64,000 bases of DNA. Origin: Lytechinus pictus (Eukaryota). The stretch spans positions 37,016,001 through 37,080,000 of the forward strand of contig NC_087245.1 in the NCBI RefSeq assembly GCF_037042905.1. Direction: 5' to 3'. Below are positions 24,366 to 37,005 of the stretch, in pieces. The first letter of the stretch is position 1, and each line of letters starts with the position of its first letter. The position numbers were made by a program, and so were the translations under genes. The notes below the pieces were generated by a model that worked only from the letters and a program-made list of their open reading frames with translations, was not told where the DNA came from and made no database searches.

Positions 24366-25133
24366 AGTTGCCAATTTGAAGTTTTCCACTGAGGAAGCAT
24401 TATTAAACGAAATAGCCTCACATTGGAATAAACAAGTCAGATTAATGAAACTAAAACCACGGTCAAATCAAAAGGGATTTGCCCACGACTTAACTATGCA
24501 CGAATTCATACACATGTTTGTAATATACATTGGCATGATACCAAAGTAGGGAGAAAATCTATTTACAAATAAAATACTAGGTATATGAAGACAATTTGTT
24601 TGGAAATGCATTGTCAAGGTGTGTTGATCTTCAATGCTACGTTAGGATCCACCGAGTCGGTTGTGATAATTTTACTATAATTTATTGTCCATTCAGGCTT
24701 GTGCACATGTATTTGCCTCATGATATGCCATGAAGTCGAGAAGTAAAACAATTTACACATAACATTTGTGATGTTAATAATACAAGTAATATCAATTTAT
24801 CATTATTTCACATAAAATGATTTCTGTTTCTTATTTTGCATCTATTTCTTTAATATGAATTATAATTTTTCTTCAAAAGCAGACTTTACCTGGCTTTGAA
24901 GAAATATCCCCTCATGTGAGGATATGATTTGGGGGGTGATGTTCACACTGTCGCTGCAGATTTATCATTTCCCGTGTGATTGGCAATCACAGTAGTAGTC
25001 TGAACAGCATGCATCACACTTGTAATACCGCCACACACACATGGTTTGACTCGTCATACAAACTCATTGCATGATTGGAATGAATACATTGATATGACAT
25101 GACGTCATCTCATGAAGATGGTGTGTGGATTCG

Positions 25134-25139
25134 AATAAA
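25134..25139 (+). terminator. Candidate distal poly(A) signal of ZC3H15
   Basis: AATAAA followed about 25-35 nt later by GT/T-rich GTCTGTTTTGTGATTT. More proximal AATAAA sites exist (e.g. ~20866, ~21932). Confidence 0.4.
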
Positions 25140-25364
25140 TACAGATATATTAACATGTAGAGAAAGTCTGTTTTGTGATTTATTAGCTTGTGTAATTTAA
25201 AGGGGTGAGAATTATCGGAGGGGGGCTGTTGTTTAGAGGGTGGACACCATGCTCGTCAATTGGCTTTGAAAATGGACCCTTAATAAATATCATCTAAGAA
25301 CGGTCTAAGACAGACGTGGATTCATGGGGGTGGGGCAAGGGGGTTTTGCTACCCCCCTCCCAAA

Positions 25365-25672
25365 AAAAAATAGAGAGAGGAAGAAGGGAAAGGGAAGCAG
25401 GAACGAAAATGAAGTGGAAAGGAGAGAGAAAGAAGGGATGGCTGGAGGAAAGGAAAGGGAGAGAGAAGGGAAAGGCAGAAAAGAGAAAGGGTATGAAAAA
25501 TAAGAGAAACGGAGAGTGTATAGTAAGGAAGGGATAGAAATAGAAGCAAAAGAAGGGAGAGGGAATGAAAGGAAGGGGAAAAGAGTAGCAAAATGAAGAA
25601 AAGGGAGATGGAAACTATAAGGAAAGAGAGAGAAAAAAAGAAAAGCGGAAGAAGGGAAGGGAAGGACGAGGT
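25365..25672. repeat. Purine-rich (GA) low-complexity tract
   Basis: Seen directly. Confidence 0.85.
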
Positions 25673-28329
25673 TATTAAAAAAAAACGGGTTTAACAAAAA
25701 AATGTATACATTTTCCCATTAAAAAATGGAAGATGAATATTACGGAACTTTTTATATTAAACATGGGACACATGGTACAAGAATATCCTTAATCCTTATA
25801 CTGCTGAACAACGAATAGTAAGTTCAATCTTATCAACACGGATGCAACTTTCATATGATATAGACCTATTTTCGTAATCATTCATACTTTTGTTGGTTTC
25901 TGACAGCATATAGCATTTTTTCTGTTTTTGTTTTCTTTTATTTTGTTTAATTTGTGATTCTGTTTATTAAAAAAAAAAATTAATTCATCAATGTAACTTT
26001 TGTTTGATAATTTGTAAAAATCGTTAATTCTATTTGATTTCAATCCTTTATGTTTGGATTTGAAATCAATAGAATAAACTTGTACATAATATTAGGAAGT
26101 AAATGTTGGAAGTTCTTGTTTGTGAGCAAAATGCTTGTTTATAGCGACTGAGTAGTGATCTGCTAAACTTTAACTACAAAAATTGCATTGTGTCACATTC
26201 AGATAAAACTACATATATTTTATTGTTTCAGACATTATGTTTGTATGCAGATATACATTATACTTCCAGGGCTTATTAAGTATCTCCCTGATACAAGCTT
26301 GTGAATACAGAATATGTTTTTTCATCAAAATTTTGTTTGCTTTTCGGTACCCATTAGAATAGAATTTGGCGCATGCAGGAAGATAGGCATTCCATGAAGC
26401 AAGTTGTTCCTTTTTTCCCCACACAAGAACATGATCTCATCAAGGAGAGTGATATCTCCTTGATCTCATCAGCCTATCAGTTGCAATGATTTCAGTAGCT
26501 TATAACAGGCGCATCATGAAAAGCTTCGCATAGGTATGATTTGACCCCCCCCCCCCCGTAGCTTATAACAGGCGCATCAAGTTTCATAATTCATTGATCA
26601 AAATCCACACATATTGGATCATTCCCAATTTTACTAACAAACACTTTTATGGACAATTACAGTGAGACACAAAGTTGCAAATCAATTACATAAATAAATA
26701 TGAATACGAAATACAAAGAGAGATATATATATATAAATTTGAATAAAAATATAGTGGGCCCTTACAGATAATAGTTAAGAAACAAATTCAATACATATTC
26801 AAATCAATAATTGGCCTCTTATAGCACAGGTAAAATTAGATGTTTTTCTCTTTTTTTTCTTTGCACTATGTTTGATATGCAAATTATACTAGGCTCAAAT
26901 CTAATTGAATATATAATTAAATAAAACAGACTTCCAAAAGGAGGATGATTATCACGCGTGGGCGGAGTGAGAGCCTGCAGTGCACCCCATCCCTAAATAA
27001 AATAAAGGTTGCAAAGGGCAAATTTTTTTCAATTTTAAGATTCAGAAATGAACAGAATAATAGTGTAATCGATTATAACACTGGTTGACGTATCATGAAA
27101 AGCTTTGCATAGGTATGATGTAACCCCCCCCCCCCCGTTCATCAATGCAGGGGGAGGGGGGGAAGAAATTAGAAAAATAGCGAGAAAGACACCCCCATTA
27201 AAATAGGCAGTGAGTGTGTGTGTGCGAGAGAGAGAGAGGGGGGGGGGGAGAGAAACATGCAGTCCCGAGAGAATGGCGAGAGAAAGGGAGAGCTAGAGAA
27301 AAGAGCACAATTATTAACCTATATTTGTAAATATACAACGATGTGAAGGGTTGAATGTCAAAAATATTGTCTCTACCAGGAAGTTCTGCATCAAGGACAA
27401 ACTTTACGGATCTATACCGATTAACACCGCATTGTATAGCAAAAAAAAATATATGCATGCAATTCTATTTTTCAAGGTTGTAATTATATGTCATTCGGAA
27501 TGTTCGGGGACTTCCCAGAACTGAGTGTGGTATACGTGACAAACTTTTACAGAGAATGCAGTCATTTCACGATTTTCTTTCATCCCCCCATTTTTTGCAG
27601 CTATAGGTGTCACAACTCTTATTGATATTTCACAACATGTTCATTGGGAGGGGGGGGGGGATAAATCAAGTAAAAAAGGGAACATGCGTTTTTGTTGGGA
27701 AAAAATGTTCCATATCAGGCAAAATGCATGTGCAACAGTAGCCGGGAACTGTAGGTAAAATTCACGGAGTATTCGGGGTCATTTAACCCAACAAACATGC
27801 ATGCATTTTACCCAATATTGGGTAAACTTTTTTTTAAGGAGTAAATAGATCAGACGCTGTGAAACACAAATTCAAATTCAAAAGTTTATTGATATGAAAT
27901 CCTGACATTGAAGGATCATCATTAAAAAAAAACTTAAAGAAAAAACACAATAACGATTGCACATAAAGGAAACGGGGCTACGGAAATTTTCGCTTCGTGC
28001 CCGGCCTCAACATGAGTCTGATTTCTCCATGATACTCAATAAAGATCAATGGTTCACAAATTTCAAGTCGACTAGTGCACAATATATTTCTATTTAATAA
28101 TTAAAACAACAACATTAATATACGTAGCACGGTCAACCCAACCACGCCACTGCATGTAATTCAGTAATTTTATGGCAAAAAAACCCATCACATTAGCCAT
28201 CAACAAATCACTTGTGATGTGGTAGTACTATGTACACGTTTTATATACCCCTGTATACATAATAATAATGATGATGATGATGATAATGATAATAATAATA
28301 ATAATGATGATGATGATAATAATAATAAT

Positions 28330-30484
28330 AACTAGATTTTAATTCGTCATGAGGACGAATTAGGTGGTCTGTCATGATTTTTCATTCAGTGTCGGCTAAT
28401 GTTGTATGAAATGAATCATTTAGATATGATTGATAATCTTGATCATAGACATCATAGGAATACATTTTGACCACTACTAAATGTGATTATTAATGTGGTG
28501 ATGACAACCGTGATGATTATAATGATGGTGGTGATAATGCAATACGGTAAATACAAAATTAAGTTTGGAGCACGTAAAATGCCTTAAAAACTCCTCAAAA
28601 ATTTCAGACGATTTACCGAAATTGGCTTTCCCAAATTGCGCAATAAAAGGCGCCTTCATTTTCAGAGCAGCTAATTTTTAATGGACAGTTTCATGTTTTT
28701 TATGCAAAATCTTTTTAAAATTTCTTTCTACTGTCAGCAATTTTTCTTTTAAGATTTCAAGCAAGAATTTCCACAATGTCAGTGGGTATCAATTTCACAG
28801 AATGCTTGAAAATGCTTAGGTGATACTTTTTGAAAACTAAAATATCTTAAATATTTTTATTCAAAATTTCTGCTAAATTTCAATTATTTTTAATGAGAAG
28901 TTTCGCAATGATACATTTTCACAGCATTCACTTCAAAACTCATCATCAGTGGTGTATTTGATAAAAGAATTAAGTAGAATTTTTTGAGGGGAAATATTTG
29001 CAAAATTTCTGCAAATTCCTAAACATTTCACATAATATTTTCCGTCAAGAATTTTCAATATCCATTTATTAATTGTGTATGACTTTAACATTTCCTTGAA
29101 AATTCTTTCTTGATGATTTTACTGAAAAAAGTCAGGTAAAAGATTCAAATACTGGCAATTTTCCCGCAAAATTTCGGGAAAATTAGTATTTTACTAAATT
29201 GCACTATTTTTAATTTCACAGAAGGTATCTGAAAATTTGTTATGTTATATTTAGAGAAAATAACCAAATAGAAAAAAAATCCAGGATTTTCCGCAAAATG
29301 TCTAGAATGAAATTAATCAACCAAATAGCGTTTCAATGCATAAATGATGTTTTACAATGTTAAAACTACCCCTTAAAAAGTTCCGGCAATATTAAAAAAA
29401 ATGTCCTACATAAAAAAACGCAAAGCAAGTGGGCTTGATATTTTCAGCAAGACCGTACAATTGATTAATAAAGCATTTTCTTAAAAAATTTCTCAAAATT
29501 AGGTCCAGAACAAATTTGCAAAAACTTAAACAGGTCATAACACACTAATGCTGTGGTTGAAAGTGAAAATCATTCGCACATTATTTGTAGAAGATTGTCT
29601 TCACTACATCATATCAAAATTTGAGAGAAGATTGACTAGTAATAACGAAGATACGGTCAAATATGCATAAATACGTTGACGTAATTGCGAAAAAGTTTAA
29701 TTTTCACTTCTAACGTAATTTTGACGTTATTACGCAATCTCCAGATGACATTTTGACTATATCCAAGAGTGAGGAAAAGTAGGGGGTCAACGGACTCCCT
29801 GAAGAGCTACAGTGAATTTTATATAGGCATATTTTTGCCCACTTATGACTTATTTTGCGAGTTTGCACGTGCGTGTAATGCAAATTTGAATGGACGCGCA
29901 TTCCCGTATTATTGGTCGTAAGAGGCTGAATGAGGTATCAAATTAATCAGAAGATAATGGACAATGGACAGACATAGAATAAATGATGACTCGAAGATGC
30001 ATACCGATGGTAGGTGCAAGAACGCGCACGCATACCTGTGCGCGCGCAAATTCTTGACATGCTCAAAATGACCTGAAACGTACCCAAACTTGACCACGGT
30101 TGATTTGGGGAATTTTTAAATTTTGACGCGCGCGTACGTGCGCGTCGTGACCTTTGCATGACCTCTGATGACATGTCCTGATGACCTGTCACCTGAACTT
30201 GATATGATGCAAATATGGATGATTTTTTATGATTAGTTGCGGTGATATGATCAATAATTCATTTTTACAAAATGGCGCCTAGATGACGTCATCATGATTT
30301 GATAACCTTGAAAAGTTTCGTTTCGTGATTCCATAATAATTTCCATACATGACATGAAAATCAAGAAATTTGACAAGCCCGATTTTGAGATAAAGTGGGA
30401 ACAAAATTTGGCAATAAAAATAAATAAAGTAAAATCTGACGAATATAATAGGTGATCTGTCATATTCATGACAGACCACCTAAT
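28330..30484 (-). mobile_element. 2.15-kb Helentron-type non-autonomous element (HINE)
   Basis: subTIRs ATTAGGTGGTCTGTCATGA (28359-28377) / TCATGACAGACCACCTAAT (30466-30484); 5' hairpin 30449-30482; 3' hairpin AATTCGTC-ATGAG-GACGAATT then CTAG|TT on the minus strand. Confidence 0.75.
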
Positions 30485-30770
30485 AATAATAACGGTATAT
30501 TTACCCAGGGTAGCCGCTTCAGTTTCGAAAACTGTTCTCCCAGCGGGCCCTGCTATTATTACTACCCCGGCTAAGCTAGGCTACCTATTCAGGTGCACAC
30601 AGCTTTTTTAGGAATTACTTCCTGCCGGTACCCATTTACCTCACCTGGGTCGAGTGCAGCACACTGTGGATGAAATCCTTGCTGAAGGAAACTACGCCAT
30701 GGCTGGGATTTGAACCCACGGCCCTCTCTTTCAAAGTCCGGAGACTAATCCACTGGGCCACGACGCTCCA
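30482..30770 (-). mobile_element. tRNA-derived SINE
   Basis: A box TGGCCCAGTGG, B box GGTTCAAATCC, shared SINE core, (ATT)n tail. Confidence 0.85.
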
Positions 30771-31646
30771 CTTTATGTGGGGTTGCTCCCAAGATTTTGA
30801 ATTTTCAGTTCAATTGCAAGGACCGTAGTTAGGCCACTGGCACGGACTAAGGCCATGTCCTAAATTAAATCGGACTTATAGAATATGGGCCCTTGCATTC
30901 AGCGTTTCCCCAACCATAGGAGTATTGCATGATACCCTTCATTTTCACAATTATGATTATCTCAATTTGTTTTAATTTGGAGGCATATTATGTAGGCCTA
31001 ATACATAGCAACATGGTTATGTGTTCCCATTTTTCGCGTTGTTATTCTTTGTATACTCGTATTCCATACTCTTTGTTACATAGTTTACATCATGTACATG
31101 CGTATACACATAATTTTATCAGCATAACATTGTGACTTTTGTCAATGCATTCAATATGCGAAATTGAACCACAAATAAGCCAGTTCACGGTTAGCTCATG
31201 ATCAACTTTTCTCAAATGACCTTTGTGATTTTTTATTAGGATAAGCACTATCATTTTCAAATGTAGAGGTTGCGTAGGCTTTACCGGTAGAGTATTCAAA
31301 TTCTAAGAACAAAAGGCATTGTATAGACCAGGTGACTAGAATAGTACATCAGGGATAAAGTTTGGAAATCTGTTTTATTGTCTGCCTTTGGCACATTTGA
31401 CTATTGTTTAGGCTACTGTCAAATACCAGTGATTATGAAGGCTCTATTTATTACTCTTCAGCTTGGATGTGATAAAATGAATATTTTGAAAGGAATACAT
31501 GAATAGGCATAATCATCAAATCACAAATGCCTATGTCAGTGAATTTGAAAGCCACCCTCATGGTTTATCTCAAATGACCTTTTTCTGCTCGTGCGCAGTT
31601 TACAACCGTGAACAGGCTTATTGAATTAAAAACAAGAGGTAGTTCT

Positions 31647-31919
31647 AATATAAATAATAGCTGGATTTATAAAGCGTTTTTTGCCTGAGGATACAAAGCG
31701 CTGCTATTATTACCCGGCTTTAGCTCGAGCTACCATCACCGGCGCTCAGTGCATTCAAGGAAATAATCCTGCCGGGTACCCATTCACCTCACCTGGGTCG
31801 AGTGCAGCACAGTGTGGGTACATTTCTTGCTGAAGGAAAACACGCCATGGCTACGATTCGAACCCACGACCCTATGTTTGATAGGCGAGAGTCAGAACCA
31901 CTAGACCACGACGCGCCCA
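31647..31919 (-). mobile_element. tRNA-derived SINE just downstream of the GPCR
   Basis: A box TGGTCTAGTGG, B box GGTTCGAATC, core GCACTCGACCCAGGTGAGGTGAATGGGTACC. Confidence 0.85.
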
Positions 31920-32308
31920 CTATGTACAACTATCACCATGATCACTGGATAGTCCAGGATACTAATGTTGGTAGATAATTTATTTTCCACAATGCAATAC
32001 AGTATTTAAACATGAAGAAAATAATATGAAATAAGTATATCGTTTATCACTATTTTGGATATTTAATCATTTTTTTTTGTAAATGGATTCCACGAAGTTT
32101 GTACGCCAGTAAGATATGAATCTCTCAGTTCAGGAACCAACGAAATGGAATAGAAGAACAAGTCTTGGCCATTCTACTTCAAATTCAAATTCAAAATACA
32201 CGGCTATCAACAAGACTGGACCGCATATTCATCTTGAAATTACCACGTTGGTCAGTTCCAACCATCACCATCAACTTCATTGACCACTCGTATCTGGGTA
32301 CACCGTCG

Positions 32309-33472
32309 TCAAGACCGCTTTGACCCACACCACCATCGATCAACACGGAGGTATCTTTGAAGGATTTTACGAAATTGAAGATTGGTAGCAGCGTATATGA
32401 ACGGATTTATAGTCGAGTTGCACCATCCTAGCACTTCGGTCACCTCCCAAGCGGTAGCCGACACGCAATCCATACACTTGGCGTAGATCACTGTTGTTGT
32501 CATGTAAGGCAACCAGGACACCACGAAGACTCCCGTCAAGATACCGAGAACGATAGCCGCTTTCCTGTGTCGGGCAAGGGTTATCCGTTCCTTGTCTGCA
32601 ACGTCTTCACCTCTTTCGAGGGTGTTGAGTGTGGTTGCTTCTGCAGCCTCGATCTCTTCCGGCGTGTTACCCGACAAGGGTTCAGTCGTAATTGTCATGT
32701 TTGATGAGAAGCTAGGTGACCCGTTGGCCTTGCCGTTGGGTTTTGTAGTAGTATATTTCACTTCTACTTTTCCTAGGCGACTCAATCTAACCTTAGACCT
32801 TTGATAGATATTGGCGTACACATACGAATTCAGAATGACTATACATACGAGCAATATCCCAAACGGGATCAAGTTAATAGCCAGAGGCGCGTAGTTCAGA
32901 ACTATGAATTCCATGGTGCACATTCTGTCATAATCAATGTTAGACTCTCCTGATATTGGACTCCAAGCAAACGCGATCAAAGTGACAAGAATAAGAACGA
33001 CAGTCCAAGCGACGGTGAGGATCAGTCCCACGCGCTTCTTCGTCTGGTATGTCTTGTACTTGAGACCCATACTGACCAAGCAGTAACGGTCCCAGCTGAT
33101 GAGGACTAGCGTGATCATAGACATCCAACATATGGTGTAATCCAGGACCAGCCAGAGTTTACAGATGACTTCACCCAGTGGCCAAAAGCCTCTCAACAGC
33201 CATACAAAGTTAAAAGTCAAACTGAAGACACCAACCATGAAGTCCGTGACTGCGAGATTCAAGATGAGCAGATTGCCGACTTTATCCCGGATCTGGGAGA
33301 CGCGGCTGTAGGCTAAAATCACCAAGAAGTTGGCGACGATTGTGACAGCGATGATGACCCCCATGATCAGTGATATGATGGCGAGAGAAGCGGGTGAATT
33401 TGGTTGTTCTCCCTCCTCAGAAGGAACATTAGCAGGAGTAGTCATATTTGCCATGGTCGTGACGTCGTCCAT
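32309..33472 (-). CDS. Intronless rhodopsin-class aminergic GPCR, histamine H3/H4 receptor-like, 387 aa
   Basis: Seven hydrophobic segments. Motifs: NLAVTD (TM2), GFWPLG..CKLWLVLDY (D3.32), LISWDRY, AW in TM4, SWLPY (TM6), WCNSTINPFIY (NPxxY). First ATG at 33472; the ORF-track start at 33502 is a TTG. Confidence 0.93.
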   Translation of the reverse strand: MDDVTTMANMTTPANVPSEEGEQPNSPASLAIISLIMGVIIAVTIVANFLVILAYSRVSQIRDKVGNLLILNLAVTDFMVGVFSLTFNFVWLLRGFWPLGEVICKLWLVLDYTICWMSMITLVLISWDRYCLVSMGLKYKTYQTKKRVGLILTVAWTVVLILVTLIAFAWSPISGESNIDYDRMCTMEFIVLNYAPLAINLIPFGILLVCIVILNSYVYANIYQRSKVRLSRLGKVEVKYTTTKPNGKANGSPSFSSNMTITTEPLSGNTPEEIEAAEATTLNTLERGEDVADKERITLARHRKAAIVLGILTGVFVVSWLPYMTTTVIYAKCMDCVSATAWEVTEVLGWCNSTINPFIYAATNLQFRKILQRYLRVDRWWCGSKRS

Positions 33473-35144
33473 GTGAGGTTCGTTACTTAAATTCAGATTC
33501 AATTAGTTGAGGAAACTGAACAGCCTTATATCAAAATACGTCCACGGTGGTTCGAAACGGATAAAGATTGTCCTGTGCTATGGCATAATTATATATCTTC
33601 GGAACTCTTCCTGGTAATATTACATTACCGTAACTGCTTCCCTTCTTAAACGTAAACTATAAATGATACTAAACAGTTGATTATATTCTGGAAGCTTAAA
33701 AACGTCCGGAGGAAAAACACACGAAACCCGGTTTTTCCCCCAATTTCATGAAAAGTAACACACCAGTTCATGTTGACCTTGTCTCAGCATATTTTCTTTG
33801 TGCGTGTTAGCAATGTCAACATTTCTAATGTTCTTGGGTTTTTTTTTTTCACGTGACCTTGTTCTCAATTTCCTTGTTGTGAACAATGATTTTGTTGATC
33901 CAATCAACACAACTCAACTGAGAAAGTTGAATGATATTTTTACTATAGGTGAGTGTATAATTACTGATTTTTTTCACCCACGTCAATGCAGGATGGCGTA
34001 CAGGTTTGGGATTGGGGATGCTTGCCCTCCCCCCAAAGAAATAATAATATCACGGCCAAGAAAAATAGAGAAAAGGGAAGAGAGAAGGGTGAAATGTGGT
34101 ATCGTTTTCTGAATATTATGTCAAGATCAATCACAAAATATATTTTTGTTATAAAAATGTCCGATTTTTTGCTCGCTTCGCTCACTCGTAGCTTTTTATA
34201 CATTTTGCCCGACACGCCATACCTCGCCCTTTCAAAATTGTTGGCTCATTACGCCACTGGGATGGCATGATCGGAGTTCCTATAGACAAAGCATGAAGCT
34301 ATTTAGCTTCATGGACAAAGTCACACTTTACGCACTCCTAAACAGAGGCGGGCTATATACAGGGGCAGGGGTCCGTGAACGATTTTGATGTGGGAATGCT
34401 GGTTTGGAAAAAAAATGAAAAGCAAAGAAAAAAGGCGGTTCGCTCCAAAATGGAGGTGATTTTGGCCAAATTCATTTTCTCCATTTTAGCATACCAACCT
34501 GATTACCATGATGGGGGTGCCACTCATGCCTGTGGTGTATAACATTTGCAGCACCCCCGGAAAATCTTCGGTTCGGGGTGCTTCTGCCCCAGGGCCATGT
34601 ACAGGGGGCAGGGTAGTCGAGCAGGGTAGTCGTTAACTAGTAGTTATTTGTGGAAAGGAAGTGAAAAGTCCGTGTGCGTATACTGTGTGGGATGAATGAG
34701 TTCAGGGTTTTTTTCCAAATGAATAACTACTAACATCCAGATATAGACTAGGGGTAGTAGGGATCGAGGCGACTAGCCAACTCGATGATTTTTGAAGAAG
34801 TGGTTAAAAAGGGGAAAAATAAAGCAAATGGAAGGGAATCGAAAGAAAATCATGAAACTAGAGGTATGGGTCATGTTACCTTGGTGTTACCCATGTATTT
34901 CAATTGAATAAAAAGTGGCTGCCCCATCCCATCCCTATCAAAATGCTCCGATACCGCCCTTGCTGTTCATGTGAATTTAAGAAATTACTGATGAACTTAC
35001 ATTTGAATTATACATGATTGTATCAGAACACTATCCGTGCCTTAAAACATGGAGCTTATAACAACCGCAGGGATGGAACGAATGAATAAAATGAGGGAAA
35101 TGAAATATAGTGACAACTGACAAGAGAAATTAACTTTACGAAGT

Positions 35145-37005
35145 TGTCACATTGAAAATGCATTTATTTTATTTTATTTATTTTCCTCAGCAAAGCTTGC
35201 TTATTTTATCTAAGTTTCACTCCTCAGTCAGGTTGCTAAGAGACAAGGAGTAGATCTTATGAAAGAGTGAGTAGGAGATGAAAGAAGTGTGTGTGAGATT
35301 CTTTTTGCTAGAATTGAATTGAGATAATTTGCATATCTATTGTGTGTTGTGTCCAGGGTGGTAGACTTGTATAGGTCCCTTTTAGTGAGCTCAGTGAGCC
35401 TTTTCTTTTTAACAGCTGCTTAAGATACTTTTGGGGAAATTGTAAAATTGGGAGGAGACCCCAGTAGCTTTCCACTAGTTTTTCTGGCATTGCATCTTGG
35501 AGACTTTGTGTAACACACACCTATGCAATTTTGGGGCAGTCGCCATTTTAGCTGCCATCTTGATAATTTTTGAATTTCAACTTTAAACAGAAAAGCATCC
35601 TTTCTTGTTTGATATTGGCTGGAATTTTTAGATACCTGTATGAAGTCAGATTTAGCTGAATTTATGCTGTTATTTTTATGCCTGTATTGAAGAAGCCATC
35701 GGTAAGTTAATCTGTGATGTCTTCTTAATTCTTTTATAAAAACAACAAAAAAAACCCAAAAAATTGAAAGACTTCAGAGATGATTTGAAATGTAGATGTA
35801 AATCTTTATAAACCTTATGAAATAGTTAAACACTTGTGAGGAAGAATATAAGTATCATAAAAGGATGTCATTCTACAAGTTTATGTGACAGTGAATTCAT
35901 AGTCATACTTTATAAAATAATATTCTTGAATGTGATTTGACCCTCACTCAGAGTAAATGTTCAAACAAGCTTTTATTAATTATAGTATGACATGAAAATA
36001 ACCTCCAGTTGATGTTACTGTTGGGATATATCGTAGAGAGATTCTTGGTTTTGTCTTTAATTTTAGATGGTTCTAAGATCGGGATATATTCCAAGACCGG
36101 ATAATTTCCAGGATCGGGACATTTCCCAAGACCGGGTCACTTTGAAGACTGGTGAATTGTTTTAAGCTGAACATAATAAAGTGCTGACTCTGAAGGTTTT
36201 CGGTCAACATGTCACCTGACAGATAAGTTGTAAATAGCAGTGAGAGAGAAAGCAGGAGACGTTTCGTTAAATTTGAAACTAGCTTTCTAAATACCAGGAA
36301 GTCTTGCAAATTGACATTTCAGAAAATAGACATTGATTATGAAGATGACCGAACATGAACAGTTTGATAGTGAGAAGAGTTTATTCGAATTTGAATCCGT
36401 GTAAGATATGTCGATTAACAGAGTTTTGAGCTAGAATTTAGGTGCATAATTTGTTTTAAGCTCAAGTTCAGGAGTTAGAAGGATTTTGAAATGTTATCAC
36501 AAAAATGTTGTGATAAGAGATACAAAGTGTTGAGAATGGAATTCTATGAAGGTGGATTGATGCAGGATCCTTTCATGGGAATTTTTGGTAGTCGTTATTG
36601 TGAAAACAAAATGAAACAAAGTTAAATGTTTAATTGATATTTTTGGAGGTAATTTTGCAGGTGAAAATGTAATACACTGAACGTTGAAGTTGGTGATGAG
36701 ATCAGTGCAGGATCTCTTCAGTTATATTGGAGTTAGAGACATATCGAGAGTTGAATGTTATAACTTGGATCAATGCAGGATCCTTTGATTGTAAACTTGT
36801 GAATTAGAGTACTTTTCAGAATACTTTATCATATAGAGGTGTTACAGTTTTTATTTCCCTTTAAAACTTCATACGTTGGACAATATTGAGCTTCGAAGAG
36901 AGATGTTTTGATATTGGAGTTTTGTATACTGAAATAAATTGTAAATTGTGATTTGGTACACATTGAGTTTTACTTGAATTTTATTTGGAGTCCGCCCATG
37001 TGACA
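35145..37005 (+). mobile_element. Solo LTR (1861 bp)
   Basis: Termini TGTCACAT...ATGTGACA; perfect 5-bp TSD GAAGT (35140-35144, 37006-37010); AATAAA at ~36933 near the right end; no internal coding sequence. Confidence 0.8.

Noticed and set aside
25305..25697. Phe/Leu/Ser-rich 130-aa ORF
   Set aside because: Translation of the GA-rich low-complexity tract.
30700..30770. tRNA genes (also ~16080-16152 and ~31850-31919)
   Set aside because: A and B boxes are present, but the anticodon and acceptor stems pair poorly, and each head continues into a shared SINE body and tail.
33473..33502. 10-aa N-terminal extension of the GPCR in the ORF track
   Set aside because: It starts at TTG; the first ATG is at 33472.
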